This document shows, one piece after another, positions 9,601-19,985 of a stretch of 32,000 bases of DNA. Position 1 is the stretch's first letter. Every line of letters starts with the position of its first letter. This DNA is from Propionibacteriaceae bacterium. GTDB taxonomy: Bacteria; Actinomycetota; Actinomycetes; Propionibacteriales; Propionibacteriaceae. The notes below the pieces were generated by a model. It was not told the origin of the DNA, did not search any database, and saw nothing but the letters and a program-made list of their open reading frames with translations. The position numbers and the translations under genes are program-made. Location of the stretch: NCBI GenBank assembly GCA_031256725.1, contig JAIRQE010000003.1, forward strand, positions 20,413-52,412, given 5' to 3'.

Positions 9601-10074
9601 GTGAAGAAACTGGCATGTGTTCTTGTTGTACTAGTGATGGGGCTTGTGTCGGGGTGTACCAAACAGACAGAGCAGGATAATACGATTCCACCCATGCAGC
9701 CCGTACGTCAGATCAACGGATCAGTACTGCCTGGCGAGGTTGGCGATTATGCGGTTCTAGGTGATGAACCACAACCCCTCCAAATGACCGCCACCTATGC
9801 GCGAACCAGTTCAGCATTGGATCTGGCTGTGGTGTCCTTCGACCCGACTGGAGAGTTTCAGAAAACCAGTTTGAGTGATGACAAATGGTACGGCATGAGT
9901 CGGTGTGGAGTGCTGTGGAAGTCTGATGCCAAGGTGACTCCCAAGCCTATGCAATTCGCATGCATCACTGTGTTGGCTGATGGGGTTATGACCACAGTGT
10001 CTGGAGGAAAACAGTCGGTGGAAGAGATCGCAGAGTTGGCTAATGCTATCCACGATCTCCTGGTTAAAGCCTGA
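9601..10074 (+). CDS. Hypothetical lipoprotein
   Basis: GTG start behind AAGGGG. Signal peptide MKKLACVLVVLVMGLVSGC has the lipobox LVSGC. No recognisable domain. Confidence 0.7.
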   Translation: MKKLACVLVVLVMGLVSGCTKQTEQDNTIPPMQPVRQINGSVLPGEVGDYAVLGDEPQPLQMTATYARTSSALDLAVVSFDPTGEFQKTSLSDDKWYGMSRCGVLWKSDAKVTPKPMQFACITVLADGVMTTVSGGKQSVEEIAELANAIHDLLVKA

Positions 10075-10279
10075 GGATCACTCATGTGGGGTGGTAGATC
10101 GTCACTGCTGCGATCATTGGTCATTACTGCGATCACCAGGAACCCTAGAGGCAAAACCTATTGCAAAAGAACCATCTACTCTCAGGTCCGCGAAGTTCAA
10201 GATCCGAAATACTCTACGGTGAGGTCTCATGGGTGAGTCCCATGTGGAAAGGTCGGGGGTTTCCCGATAAGTTAGGTCT

Positions 10280-11062
10280 ATGAATCCGGTCATCGAGGTG
10301 TCAGCTGTGACGCTGCGGCGTGGCCGCGCCTTTCTTATTGATCATCTTTCCTGGACGGTTGATGAATCTGATCGTTGGGTGATCATCGGACCCAATGGTG
10401 CTGGGAAAACCAGTCTCGTGCAGATTGTGTCCACCCGAATCTTCCCCACCTCAGGGCAGGTGAGGATCCTTGATGAAACTTTGGGGCGAGTTGATGTCTT
10501 CGAGTTGAGACCCCGTATTGGTGTTTCCTCGGCTGCACTTGAAATGCAGATACCGCCTAATGAGAAGGTCATCGATGTTGTGATGTCTGCGTCCTACGCG
10601 GTCTTTGGTCGCTGGCATGAAGACTACACAAACATCGACTTCATGAGAGCCGAGTCCCTGATGAAACAAATGAAAGTGGATCATCTTGCTGAGCGTCGGT
10701 TTGGAACCCTGTCAGAGGGGGAACGTCAACGCACCCAGATTGCTCGGGCATTGATGACCGACCCTGAACTACTTTTCTTGGATGAACCCACTGCTGGTCT
10801 GGATCTGACTGGTCGGGAACTCCTGCTCGCAACCCTGTCAGAGTTAGCCCTGGATCCGAGTTCGCCAACGACAGTACTGATCACCCATCATGTAGAGGAG
10901 ATCCCTGCTGGGATCACCCACGCTCTCTTCCTGAAACGGGGGAGAATGGTGGCTGCTGGCCCCATTGACATGGTCATGACTAATGAGGTTTTGACCCGTA
11001 CCTTTGACATGCCTTTGACTGTGAATCGTATCGACGGGCGTTGGTACTCCCGAGGAATCTAG
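10280..11062 (+). CDS. Orphan ABC transporter ATP-binding protein (YlmA/ModF-C-like)
   Basis: Walker A GPNGAGKTS, signature LSEGERQR, Walker B LLFLDEPTAGLD, H-loop ITHH. No permease gene is adjacent. Confidence 0.85.
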   Translation: MNPVIEVSAVTLRRGRAFLIDHLSWTVDESDRWVIIGPNGAGKTSLVQIVSTRIFPTSGQVRILDETLGRVDVFELRPRIGVSSAALEMQIPPNEKVIDVVMSASYAVFGRWHEDYTNIDFMRAESLMKQMKVDHLAERRFGTLSEGERQRTQIARALMTDPELLFLDEPTAGLDLTGRELLLATLSELALDPSSPTTVLITHHVEEIPAGITHALFLKRGRMVAAGPIDMVMTNEVLTRTFDMPLTVNRIDGRWYSRGI

Positions 11063-11091
11063 GTTCTGAACTGAGAGTTCAGCCTTGGATT

Positions 11092-11688
11092 CTACTGTGT
11101 GGGATCGAATTCCCCTTTGGGTTCAATCGGCCATTCTGTAGGGTACCTATACGCCGTGGCCTCATGATCAGCATAGAGTCTCTTGCGGGAACGATCTGAG
11201 AGGCGATCCCCAAAGACCATCCCCGAAAGGTGATCTGTTTCATGCTGAAGGCAGCGTGCAAACATGCCCGTACCATGAAGTTCGATGGGGGTACCATTGT
11301 GGTCCAATCCACGGCAGATGGCTGTACTAGGGCGCGCCAGTGAACTGAAGGCTCCCGGAAGGGAGAGACAGCCCTCGTCATCTGCGACAAGTTGGCGATC
11401 TTTGCCTTCAGGCAATTCCAGAACAGGGTTGATCATGACACCAGTATGGAAACGGTCGTCGGCATCAATGCAGTGGTAGATAAAGATCGAACGGTTGTCG
11501 CCGACCTGTGTGGCAGCAAGTCCCACACCCTCAGCCGCCGCCATCGTGGCGAACATATTACGCAGGAAGGTGTGAAGTTCTTCATCGAAGACAGTCACGG
11601 GCACAGTAGGTTCATGGAGTACAGGTTCGCCCCAACGTGTCACCCTTAAAACCTGTCCTCCTGTGACAAGATCAGCCAAGTCGATCAT
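11092..11688 (-). CDS. def: Peptide deformylase
   Basis: All three PDF motifs are present: GVGLAATQVG, EGCLSLPG, QHETDHLSG. Confidence 0.93.
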   Translation of the reverse strand: MIDLADLVTGGQVLRVTRWGEPVLHEPTVPVTVFDEELHTFLRNMFATMAAAEGVGLAATQVGDNRSIFIYHCIDADDRFHTGVMINPVLELPEGKDRQLVADDEGCLSLPGAFSSLARPSTAICRGLDHNGTPIELHGTGMFARCLQHETDHLSGMVFGDRLSDRSRKRLYADHEATAYRYPTEWPIEPKGEFDPTQ

Positions 11689-11807
11689 CTTTATCCTTTC
11701 TGCTGTGTAATCATAGCTGGAGACCTAGAGTCTTTGCCCAGTTATGAGATGAAGGGTGGGCTGCGTGGGAGCCTGCATCCGTGAGCCAGGTGAGGCATCC
11801 TTAAAAG

Positions 11808-12713
11808 GTGCCCACGATAAGCGAACACGTCGACCTTTATGAAGAGCACCTTGCTGCTCGTCTGTCTGCGCGTACTCAGGAGTCCTATACCAAGGACCTC
11901 CATCAGTTCAGTGAGTTCCTCCACAATCGCGGTGTGTATACCACCCAAGAAGTCAAACTTTCAGAGGTACGGGCCTGGCTCGCTTCCATGTCTGATGAGG
12001 GGAAGGCGCGGGCAACCCTTCAGCGACGTACCTCGGCAGTGAAAGGGTTCTTCGCCTGGGCCCATGTTCAGGGGATTACCGAAGTCAACCCAACCTTGGG
12101 ATTGAAGTCCATCAAGGTTGCGAAGGCACTGCCGCATACAGTCTCCCAAGGTGAGGCACGCGAACTCATGGATGCTCTGCAAGCCATCGCCATCCAGGAG
12201 GGTACAGCCATCGCTTTCAGAGACCTTGCGATAGTGGAGGTACTCTATGCCACAGGATTGAGGGTCTTCGAACTATGTGACCTTGATCTGAATTCTTTGG
12301 ATAGAACTCGAGAACTTATTCGAGTCATCGGGAAGGGGAACAAGGAACGCTCTGTACCTGTGGGGCTCCCTGCATGGAAAGCCATTGATTCCTGGCTGGC
12401 ACGACGTGAGGAGTTCGTCACCGAAAAAAGTGGTCAAGCCCTTTTCATTGGTGAACGACTGGGTGCCCGCATCGATCCTCGGGTGGTACGTCGTATTGTT
12501 CACCGAAGTTTGGGTCTCGTTGAGGGCGCCCCAGACCTTGGACCACATGGTCTCAGACATGCCATGGCTACACATCTCTTAGAGGGTGGCGCGGATCTGC
12601 GTAGCGTTCAGGAAGTACTCGGACACTCGTCGATCACAACAACCCAGATCTACACACATGTGTCATCTCAGCGTTTGAGGGCAGTCTTCGAGCAGGCCCA
12701 TCCACGCGCATAA
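11808..12713 (+). CDS. xerC: Tyrosine site-specific recombinase XerC
   Basis: GTG start. N-terminal SAM-like core-binding domain and C-terminal catalytic region HGLRHAMATHLLEGGADLRSVQEVLGHSSITTTQIYTHV (R..HxxR..Y). Adjacency to an M23 peptidase is as in the mycobacterial xerC locus. Confidence 0.9.
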   Translation: MPTISEHVDLYEEHLAARLSARTQESYTKDLHQFSEFLHNRGVYTTQEVKLSEVRAWLASMSDEGKARATLQRRTSAVKGFFAWAHVQGITEVNPTLGLKSIKVAKALPHTVSQGEARELMDALQAIAIQEGTAIAFRDLAIVEVLYATGLRVFELCDLDLNSLDRTRELIRVIGKGNKERSVPVGLPAWKAIDSWLARREEFVTEKSGQALFIGERLGARIDPRVVRRIVHRSLGLVEGAPDLGPHGLRHAMATHLLEGGADLRSVQEVLGHSSITTTQIYTHVSSQRLRAVFEQAHPRA

Positions 12714-12813
12714 TCTAGACGCCCGGAACTCGTTGCCACGTTCATAAGTATCAGCCCAAGAATCATGACAGAGATGCCCCATTGACTCTCAAAGATTCGA
12801 GTGTACAACCAAC

Positions 12814-13749
12814 TCATGGAAGTAAAGGTTTCGGATTCACTAACTCACCCCCAATCCAGGTTTGGAAATGCAGATGACAGCCTGTGGAGGTACCCGTTGT
12901 TCCCACTGTACCTACCACTTGACCTTGTCGTACCTGATCACCTACTCGAACGCTATATCCTTGAGCATGGTTATAAGAGGTCTTCAAATCCCGGCCGCTA
13001 ACCCTCCCATGGTCGATCACTAACCTATATCCGTACCCTGAATTGTAATAGGACTCAGTGACCCGACCTGCAGCCACTGCCAACAGAGGGGTTCCACATC
13101 CTGTAGCAATATCGAGTCCATCATGGAAACGCCAGACTCCATATACGGGATGAAGTCTCAATCCATACAGCGAGGTGATTGTCCCAGAGGTGGGATTGAT
13201 CAAACCGGAACTGCTGATCCTCCCATCCCATCCGCTCATTCGTAACTCAGCGGCTCTTCGTCGAACAGCCTCTACACCTTCAGCAGTGATGAGGCGTACA
13301 TTGCCCCCACCCAACAGGGATAAAGGATCAAGATAGGTCTCGCCTCTTTTCAACCCCCAATGCAAACAGGTGGGTTGGGGACATTCATGACCATCAGAGA
13401 GATTACCAATGATTTGACCCACGGAAACCGGGTCACCAGCTCGCACCACGGCCCAAACGGGTTCATAGGTTGTTGTCAGGTCACCATGGCGAATACTGAT
13501 CACGGGTCGACCAGCCACCATTCCAGCGAAGGACACCACTCCATCCATGGCTGACAAAACTTGAGCACCATACCTCGTACTCAAATCAACGCCACGATGG
13601 CCCGCCAACCAAGGCTGGGCTGGTGGATCGAAATCTCGCACGACATCCCCTACCACAGGGGCCACCGCCTCAAGGGAGGCCCCATGGGCTTCAGGAACTA
13701 CTCCAAGGCTGAGAAGAAAAACAAGAGCCAAAACCAATATGTGCTTCAT
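12814..13749 (-). CDS. Secreted peptidoglycan endopeptidase with two M23 (LytM) domains
   Basis: Track ORF 12814-13788. The likely start is ATG 13749 (MKHILVLALVFLLSLGVVPEAHG signal peptide). The N-terminal M23-like domain has HRGVD...CLHWG. The C-terminal canonical domain has HDGLD...GCHLHF. Confidence 0.85.
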   Translation of the reverse strand: MKHILVLALVFLLSLGVVPEAHGASLEAVAPVVGDVVRDFDPPAQPWLAGHRGVDLSTRYGAQVLSAMDGVVSFAGMVAGRPVISIRHGDLTTTYEPVWAVVRAGDPVSVGQIIGNLSDGHECPQPTCLHWGLKRGETYLDPLSLLGGGNVRLITAEGVEAVRRRAAELRMSGWDGRISSSGLINPTSGTITSLYGLRLHPVYGVWRFHDGLDIATGCGTPLLAVAAGRVTESYYNSGYGYRLVIDHGRVSGRDLKTSYNHAQGYSVRVGDQVRQGQVVGTVGTTGTSTGCHLHFQTWIGGELVNPKPLLP

Positions 13750-13850
13750 GCCTAAACAATGGGGGCCAGTACCGAGGAAATGTCGCAAAAACCCAAAGTT
13801 GTGGATAAAATATCTAGGTCTGCATAACCTGTGGATAGAGCCAACTCGCC

Positions 13851-13879
13851 TTGACCTTCTTGGTCTCGAACGGTAGAGT
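13851..13879 (+). promoter_or_regulatory. Candidate sigma-A-type promoter for rplM-rpsI-glmM
   Basis: TTGACC (13851-13856), a 17-nt spacer, then TAGAGT (13874-13879), about 90 nt upstream of the rplM GTG. Confidence 0.4.
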
Positions 13880-13926
13880 TGAGCGCTGGCGCGCTTGGGG
13901 ACCCTTATGGTTTACCCAGCGCTCAA
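13879..13926. repeat. Perfect 11-bp inverted repeat TTGAGCGCTGG / CCAGCGCTCAA separated by 26 nt
   Basis: Arms at 13879-13889 and 13916-13926, read directly. The left arm abuts or overlaps the candidate -10. Confidence 0.7.
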
Positions 13927-13965
13927 GAGTTTCATGTTTGCTAGAGATGGAAGATGGTCTGACTC

Positions 13966-14406
13966 GTGCCTACCTATAGTCCCAAGCCTGGGGAGGTCAC
14001 CCGCAATTGGCTTGTCATCGACGCTGAGAATGTGGTTTTGGGCCACCTCGCCGTGGCTGTGGCCAATCTGCTGAGAGGCAAGCACAAGCCTCAATTTGCC
14101 CGCCACATTGATACCGGTGACTTTGTCGTGGTGATTAATGCCGACAAGATCGCCCTGACAGGCAAGAAGGCGCAAGACGAGAAGTCGATTCGCCACTCGG
14201 GTTATCCTGGTGGTCTCAAGGCCATCCCGATGGGTGAGCTCTTGGCTAGGAATCCACGCAAGGCTGTCGAACGTGCAGTGTGGGGCATGATGCCCAAGAA
14301 CAAGCTGAGCGCTAAGCTCATCACCAAGCTCAAGGTCTATGCCGGTTCTGAGCATCCCCATGAGGCTCAAAAGCCCCAGCCCTTCCAGATCAACCACGCC
14401 CAGTGA
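13966..14406 (+). CDS. rplM: 50S ribosomal protein L13
   Basis: [44 protein letters not shown]... is a canonical L13 N-terminus. 146 aa. Confidence 0.95.
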   Translation: MPTYSPKPGEVTRNWLVIDAENVVLGHLAVAVANLLRGKHKPQFARHIDTGDFVVVINADKIALTGKKAQDEKSIRHSGYPGGLKAIPMGELLARNPRKAVERAVWGMMPKNKLSAKLITKLKVYAGSEHPHEAQKPQPFQINHAQ

Positions 14407-14417
14407 GAGGTGAAATA

Positions 14418-14945
14418 GTGACAGAGGTCAATGTTGACGCCGTAGAGGGCGACATCGAAGAGATTCCAGCAGCTTTCGTCGACGAAGAGGATCGCGAGAT
14501 CGCTTATCGTGCCGAGGAGACCAAGACAGTTGAGAAGTCCGGTCGTCCCGCCGTCGTCCAGAACTCCCGTGGTACGGGTCGCCGCAAGGAAGCTGTTGCC
14601 AGAGTGCGCATCATCCCTGGTTCCGGTCAGTGGAGCATTAACGGTCGTGCACTGGATGACTACTTCCCCAATAAGCTCCACCAGCAGGAGATCTCTGAGC
14701 CTTTCGTAACTGCGGATGTACTCGGTTCTTATGATGTGATCGCCCTGATCAATGGCGGCGGTGTCTCCGGTCAAGCTGGTGCTCTGCGTTTGGGCATCGC
14801 CCGCGCGCTCAATGCAGCTGATGAAGAGGCTTCGCGTCCCGCCTTGAAGAAGGCTGGAATGCTCACTCGTGACGCTCGTATCAAGGAGCGTAAGAAGGCT
14901 GGTCTCAAGAAGGCTCGCAAAGCTCCTCAATACTCCAAGCGTTAA
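14418..14945 (+). CDS. rpsI: 30S ribosomal protein S9 (with acidic actinobacterial N-terminal extension)
   Basis: Track ORF starts at GTG 14403 (GTGA overlap with the rplM stop). GTG 14418 behind GAGAGGTGA is the better-supported start. The C-terminal ...[19 protein letters not shown]...[12 protein letters not shown] is canonical S9. Confidence 0.93.
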   Translation: MTEVNVDAVEGDIEEIPAAFVDEEDREIAYRAEETKTVEKSGRPAVVQNSRGTGRRKEAVARVRIIPGSGQWSINGRALDDYFPNKLHQQEISEPFVTADVLGSYDVIALINGGGVSGQAGALRLGIARALNAADEEASRPALKKAGMLTRDARIKERKKAGLKKARKAPQYSKR

Positions 14946-16291
14946 TGGGTCGCCTTTTTGGTACGGACGGAGTTCGAGGCCGTGCCAATGATGTCCTGAC
15001 CGCCGACCTGGCTCTAGGCCTGACGGTTGCTGCTGCTCATGTTTTAGCTGAAGCTGATCCTGGTGAGCGTATGCGTGCCATTGTTGGTCGTGATCCTCGA
15101 GCCTCTGGTGAGTTTCTGGAATCTGCTGTCGTGGCTGGTCTGGCTAGTTCCGGTGTCGATGTCATCAGGGTTGGTGTCATACCGACCCCAGGTCTAGCAT
15201 TCCTGGTTGCTGACCTTGACCTTGATTTCGGTGTCATGCTTTCTGCCTCCCACAACCCGATGCCTGACAACGGCATCAAGTTCTTCGCTCGTGGTGGGGT
15301 GAAACTCCCTGATGAGGTGGAGGATCTCATCGAGGAACAGCTAACCAAAGATTGGGTACGACCCACTGGTGGTGATGTGGGGCGAATTAGTGATCAACCA
15401 GAGTTGGCTGACCTGTATGTTCAACATCTCGTGGATTCTTTGGGGGCCACTAGTCCTTTGGAAGGGCTGAAGGTTGTTCTTGATCCCGCTAATGGTGCTG
15501 CCTCTCGTACTGCTGTGGAATCTTTTGTACATGCGGGGGCAACTGTCGTACCTATCCATAATGCGCCCGATGGCTTGAACATTAACGACAACTGCGGGTC
15601 AACCCACTTGGAATCTCTGCAAAAAGCAGTGGTCGCTCATGGTGCAGATCTTGGGATTGGGCTTGATGGGGACGCTGATCGCTGTCTAGCCGTTGATGCC
15701 ACAGGTACAGTCGTTGATGGGGATCAGATTATGGCTATATTGGCCATTGCTATGAAAGCCAAGGGGCATCTCCATCAGGATACTGTTGTGGCCACAGTGA
15801 TGAGCAATCTGGGTTTCATGAAGGCAATGAAGGCCCATGACATCCATGTGGACATCACCAAGGTCGGGGATCGCTATGTCGTCGAGTCGATGAATGCCAA
15901 TGGTTTCACCCTCGGTGGTGAACAGTCCGGACATGTCATCATGAGTGAGTTTTCGACCACAGGCGATGGAACATTAACAGCCCTCCATGTTGCCGCCCAA
16001 GTCTTGAGTACAGGCAAATCCTTGGCTGAATTGGCCTCAGTGATGACCCGTTTCCCCCAGGTCATGATCAATGTTGGTGGTGTGGATCGTACCCGTGCTA
16101 ACCTTGATCACGACGTCGTCCATGCGGTTGCTGAAGCGGAGGCTCAGTTGGCAGGAGCTGGTCGTGTCCTACTTCGTCCCTCAGGTACGGAGCCACTGGT
16201 AAGGGTCATGGTGGAAGCTGATACGGAGGAACGCGCTCGCGAGGTTGCCGAAAGCTTGGCTGAGGTAGTCAAGCGTCGTTTGGTTCTCTAA
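14945..16291 (+). CDS. glmM: Phosphoglucosamine mutase
   Basis: TAATG overlap with rpsI. Active-site [15 protein letters not shown], metal loop GLDGDADR, and GEQSGH. Confidence 0.95.
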   Translation: MGRLFGTDGVRGRANDVLTADLALGLTVAAAHVLAEADPGERMRAIVGRDPRASGEFLESAVVAGLASSGVDVIRVGVIPTPGLAFLVADLDLDFGVMLSASHNPMPDNGIKFFARGGVKLPDEVEDLIEEQLTKDWVRPTGGDVGRISDQPELADLYVQHLVDSLGATSPLEGLKVVLDPANGAASRTAVESFVHAGATVVPIHNAPDGLNINDNCGSTHLESLQKAVVAHGADLGIGLDGDADRCLAVDATGTVVDGDQIMAILAIAMKAKGHLHQDTVVATVMSNLGFMKAMKAHDIHVDITKVGDRYVVESMNANGFTLGGEQSGHVIMSEFSTTGDGTLTALHVAAQVLSTGKSLAELASVMTRFPQVMINVGGVDRTRANLDHDVVHAVAEAEAQLAGAGRVLLRPSGTEPLVRVMVEADTEERAREVAESLAEVVKRRLVL

Positions 16292-16305
16292 AACAAATCT
16301 CTGTC

Positions 16306-17247
16306 TTAGATTTTTCGGATACGAATCCAGTCGATTTCGTGGTTGGCACCCTTGCCGATGACAACAGTTGCTCTATCTCGGGTGGGTCGGATGTTGCGCA
16401 GAAGGTTGGGACCATTGGTTGTGTCCCAGATCGCACTAGCCATAGCTAAGGCCTCATCGTCGGGAATGTGGGCGAACTGACGGAAGAAGGAATCCGGGTC
16501 GGTGAAAGAGGTTTTGCGTAGTTCCCGAAAACGGTCAAGAAACCATTCCTTGATCGCCATTTCGGGGGCGTCCACATAAACAGAGAAGTCAAAGAAGTCC
16601 GAGACAGCTGCACCCATGGCTCCGCTGGATCGGGCTCGTGCAGGTTGGAGTACATTCAACCCCTCCACAATGAGTATGTCAGGTTGATTCACGGTGATCC
16701 ACTCATCGGGGATGATGTCATAGATGACATGGGAATACACAGGGGAGTGGGCCTCAAGACCCGACTTCACATCTGTGACAAATTTGAGCAATCCAGCTTG
16801 ATCATAGGACTGGGGGAATCCTTTTTTCTCCATCAAACCTTTCTTGGCAAGAAACGCATTGGGGTACAAGAATCCATCAGTGGTGACCAAATCCACTCGA
16901 CGGTGGACACCCAGGAGTTCACGAAGAAGTCGAGCAGTCGTGGATTTCCCAACTGCAACAGAGCCAGCGATTCCAATGATGAAGGGTGTGGGATGCTCAT
17001 CAAGGCCCAGATAGGAATTGGATTGGGCTGACAGTGTTGTGGTGTTGTCAATGTAGACATTGATCAGTTCGGCCAGGGGGAGATAAACCTGGCGGAGGTG
17101 ATCCACATCCAGGGGATCGCCAAGGGCGACCAGGCCATCCAAGGTCTCGTCACTGAGTCCAAGATTATGTTCCCTGGTTAACTTGGCCCAATGGTCACGC
17201 GTAAGAGTCAGGTAGGCTCCCGAGGGGACATATGGCTGATCCGGCAT
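16306..17247 (-). CDS. coaA: Type I pantothenate kinase
   Basis: Track ORF extends to 17484, but ATG 17247 behind AAGGAG is the realistic start (MPDQPYVPSG...). P-loop GIAGSVAVGKSTTARLL. 313 aa. Confidence 0.92.
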   Translation of the reverse strand: MPDQPYVPSGAYLTLTRDHWAKLTREHNLGLSDETLDGLVALGDPLDVDHLRQVYLPLAELINVYIDNTTTLSAQSNSYLGLDEHPTPFIIGIAGSVAVGKSTTARLLRELLGVHRRVDLVTTDGFLYPNAFLAKKGLMEKKGFPQSYDQAGLLKFVTDVKSGLEAHSPVYSHVIYDIIPDEWITVNQPDILIVEGLNVLQPARARSSGAMGAAVSDFFDFSVYVDAPEMAIKEWFLDRFRELRKTSFTDPDSFFRQFAHIPDDEALAMASAIWDTTNGPNLLRNIRPTRDRATVVIGKGANHEIDWIRIRKI

Positions 17248-17326
17248 TGGTACTCCTTCGACAAGAGTGAGTCTAGTGGTCGGGAGCATTCGAGGGGTGA
17301 GTCTTCCGCAGTGTAAAGTAGTGCCC

Positions 17327-19171
17327 ATGTGTGGAATTATTGGATATATTGGCTCAGGGGACGCACAGAGGGTCATTATCTCAGGTCTTAAAAGGATGGA
17401 GTACAGGGGATATGACTCCTCTGGTATTGCTCTGTTGACTGATAAGGGCCTTGAAGTACGTAAAAAGGCAGGGAAGCTAGCCAACCTGGAAGCTGAACTA
17501 GAATCCAGTCCCGTTGGGGCATCAACTCATGGGATCGGGCATACCCGCTGGGCGACCCACGGTGGGCCAACCGACATGAATGCCCATCCACACCTTGGTT
17601 CCACAGGCCGTGTTGCACTGGTCCATAATGGAATCATTGAAAACTATGCGAGCCTTAGGGCGGAATTGGCTGATGCTGGTGTTGTGTTCGCCTCGCAAAC
17701 AGATTCAGAGATCGTTGCCCATCTTGTCGAGACGAAGATCCTTGCTGGATCGACTCTTCTTCAAGCGATGAGGACCACTGTTGGTCGTCTTCAGGGGGCC
17801 TTCACTCTTGTGGCCATCGACACCGATGAACCGGGTACAGTCGTCGCAGCTCGACGCAGTTCACCCCTGGTTGTGGGCGTTGGCAAGGGCGAAAACTTCC
17901 TTGCATCCGATGTCGCCAGTTTCATTGAATACACACGTGAAGCAATTGAACTCGGACAGGACCAAATCGTTGAGATGACTGCCGATTCGATCACTGTGAC
18001 CAATTTCGATGGTACCCAAGCCGAGGTACGCCCTTATCATATTGACTGGGATCTTTCCGCTGCTGAAAAGGGTGGTTATGACTGGTTTATGCGCAAGGAG
18101 ATCTTCGAGCAGCCACGTGCTGTGGCCGATACTTTGAGGGGCCGCATCAATGATAACCGTGAGCTGATTCTTGACGAGATCCGTATTGATGCAGCCACGT
18201 TACGCAGCATCGACAAGATCATCATCGTCGCCTGTGGGACGGCCTACCACGCAGGCCTGATTGGGAAGTACGCCATCGAACACTGGACGAGGATTCCGGT
18301 TGAAGTCGAGATTGCCTCAGAGTTCCGGTACCGTGATCCAATCATCTCTCCAACAACTCTGGTTGTTACGATCTCCCAGTCTGGTGAGACCGCCGATACC
18401 CTCATGGCTATCCGCCATGCCAGGGAACAGCACGCCAAGGTAATTAGCATCTGTAATACCAATGGATCGACGATTCCACGCGAGTCGGATGCTGTGATTT
18501 ATACCCATGCTGGTCCTGAGATCGGTGTGGCATCAACCAAAGGATTCACCACCCAGCTTATTGCTTGCTACCTCTTGGGTCTCTACCTAGCTCAGGTAAG
18601 GGGTACGAAGTTCGGTGACGAGGTACTAGCGCTCATCGAAGAGTTGGAAGCACTTCCTGCCAAGATGGATGAGGTTTTGGATGACCTGTCGGTGACACTG
18701 AGTCTGGCCAAGGAGATGACCGAGGAGCGTTCCTTCCTCTTCCTGGGCCGCCATGTTGGGTACCCAGTAGCCCTGGAGGGTGCCCTTAAGCTGAAAGAGA
18801 TCTCCTATCTTCATGCGGAGGGTTTCCCCGCAGGTGAGCTCAAACACGGCCCGATTGCCCTTGTTGATCAGGATCTTCCGATCTTCATCGTCGTACCCCC
18901 TCAGGGTCGAGATCAACTCCATGACAAGGTACTGTCCAACATTGAGGAGGTACGTGCTCGCGGAGCGAGGACCATTGTGCTTGCAGAGAAGGGTGACCAT
19001 GAGGCGGAGCAGTACGCCTCAACCCTCATTTCTCTTCCGGTGGTACCAACCCTCTTCCAGCCAGTACTGGCGATCCTGCCTTTGCAGGCCTTCTCCTGCG
19101 AGCTTGCGACTCTTCGGGGATGCGATGTTGACCAACCAAGAAATCTCGCTAAATCAGTGACCGTGGAGTAG
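17327..19171 (+). CDS. glmS: Glutamine--fructose-6-phosphate aminotransferase
   Basis: The true start is ATG 17327, giving MCGIIGYIG (N-terminal nucleophile Cys2). Two SIS domains. The C-terminal ...DVDQPRNLAKSVTVE is canonical. Confidence 0.95.
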   Translation: MCGIIGYIGSGDAQRVIISGLKRMEYRGYDSSGIALLTDKGLEVRKKAGKLANLEAELESSPVGASTHGIGHTRWATHGGPTDMNAHPHLGSTGRVALVHNGIIENYASLRAELADAGVVFASQTDSEIVAHLVETKILAGSTLLQAMRTTVGRLQGAFTLVAIDTDEPGTVVAARRSSPLVVGVGKGENFLASDVASFIEYTREAIELGQDQIVEMTADSITVTNFDGTQAEVRPYHIDWDLSAAEKGGYDWFMRKEIFEQPRAVADTLRGRINDNRELILDEIRIDAATLRSIDKIIIVACGTAYHAGLIGKYAIEHWTRIPVEVEIASEFRYRDPIISPTTLVVTISQSGETADTLMAIRHAREQHAKVISICNTNGSTIPRESDAVIYTHAGPEIGVASTKGFTTQLIACYLLGLYLAQVRGTKFGDEVLALIEELEALPAKMDEVLDDLSVTLSLAKEMTEERSFLFLGRHVGYPVALEGALKLKEISYLHAEGFPAGELKHGPIALVDQDLPIFIVVPPQGRDQLHDKVLSNIEEVRARGARTIVLAEKGDHEAEQYASTLISLPVVPTLFQPVLAILPLQAFSCELATLRGCDVDQPRNLAKSVTVE

Positions 19172-19179
19172 TACTAACA

Positions 19180-19968
19180 ATGGCCGAAGTTTTCGGCTTT
19201 GACGATGTGGTGAGGAACTGGCCACGGTTCCCAGTCGAGGCTGATAAATATGCCCGTGGTGTTGTAGGAATCATGACCGGTTCCGACCGTTATCCGGGTG
19301 CGGCCCTCCTTTCTGTCTTGGGCGCTCTCAACAGCGGTGCCGGTTTCGTAAGATTCTGTGGCACTAACTCTGCTCGAATGGCGATCCTCACACGTACGCC
19401 CTCGGTCACCTTTGGCCTTGGTCGGGTGGGTGCCTGGGTTCTCGGGTGCGGTTGGGATGACGAGGATATTGACAGCAATAGGGAGCAGTGGAACCAGGCG
19501 ATGGCTTCTCATGTACCTGTGGTTGTTGATGCAGGTGGTCTGGCTTTCGTCAAGGAAGGGTGTTCCACCTCAGCACTTCTCACCCCTCACGCGGGGGAAC
19601 TGGCTCGATTGCTGGAGGTTGAACGCGCCGATGTGGAGGCGGCACCCCAATTCCATGTCATGAAGGCTGCACGAACCACGGGAGCGGCTGTACTTCTGAA
19701 AGGACATACTCAGTATCTTGGGAGCCCGTCAGGGAAGGTGACACAGATCCAGCATGGTTCACCCTGGCTTGCGCGAGCTGGATCGGGGGACGTTCTTGCT
19801 GGGATCGCTGGGACCCTCCTTGCCCAAACAGGGGATCCCGAACTAGCAGGGCTTTTAGCGGCTGGACTTCAGGCATGGGTGTCGACCATTCATTTAGGGC
19901 CTTATCCACCTAATGTCATGGCTGAGTACCTTCCTGGACATATAGGAAGTCAGCTTCCCACGAGGTGA
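19180..19968 (+). CDS. ADP-dependent NAD(P)H-hydrate dehydratase (YjeF C-terminal/carbohydrate-kinase family), stand-alone
   Basis: KYARGVVGIMTGSDRYPGAALLSVLGALNSGAG, LLTPHAGELARLL, and C-terminal ARAGSGDVLAGIAGTLLAQ. No N-terminal epimerase domain. Confidence 0.85.
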   Translation: MAEVFGFDDVVRNWPRFPVEADKYARGVVGIMTGSDRYPGAALLSVLGALNSGAGFVRFCGTNSARMAILTRTPSVTFGLGRVGAWVLGCGWDDEDIDSNREQWNQAMASHVPVVVDAGGLAFVKEGCSTSALLTPHAGELARLLEVERADVEAAPQFHVMKAARTTGAAVLLKGHTQYLGSPSGKVTQIQHGSPWLARAGSGDVLAGIAGTLLAQTGDPELAGLLAAGLQAWVSTIHLGPYPPNVMAEYLPGHIGSQLPTR

Positions 19969-19985
19969 TTGGGGTTGGATATGGA

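Noticed and set aside
10101-10135. Direct repeat ACTGC(T)GCGATCA resembling the 28644 terminator arm CACTGTGCGATCA
   Set aside because: The match is short and imperfect, and GCGATCA-type strings also occur inside coding regions (e.g. 4508-4516). Judged coincidental.
16292-16305. Only 14 bp between the convergent glmM and coaA stops, with no terminator hairpin
   Set aside because: This is consistent with the generally compact gene packing here and is not informative by itself.
17248-17326. Possible glmS ribozyme upstream of glmS
   Set aside because: The coaA-glmS divergent gap is only 79 nt, too short for the ~170-nt ribozyme. No conserved core was seen, and the element is characteristic of Firmicutes rather than actinobacteria.
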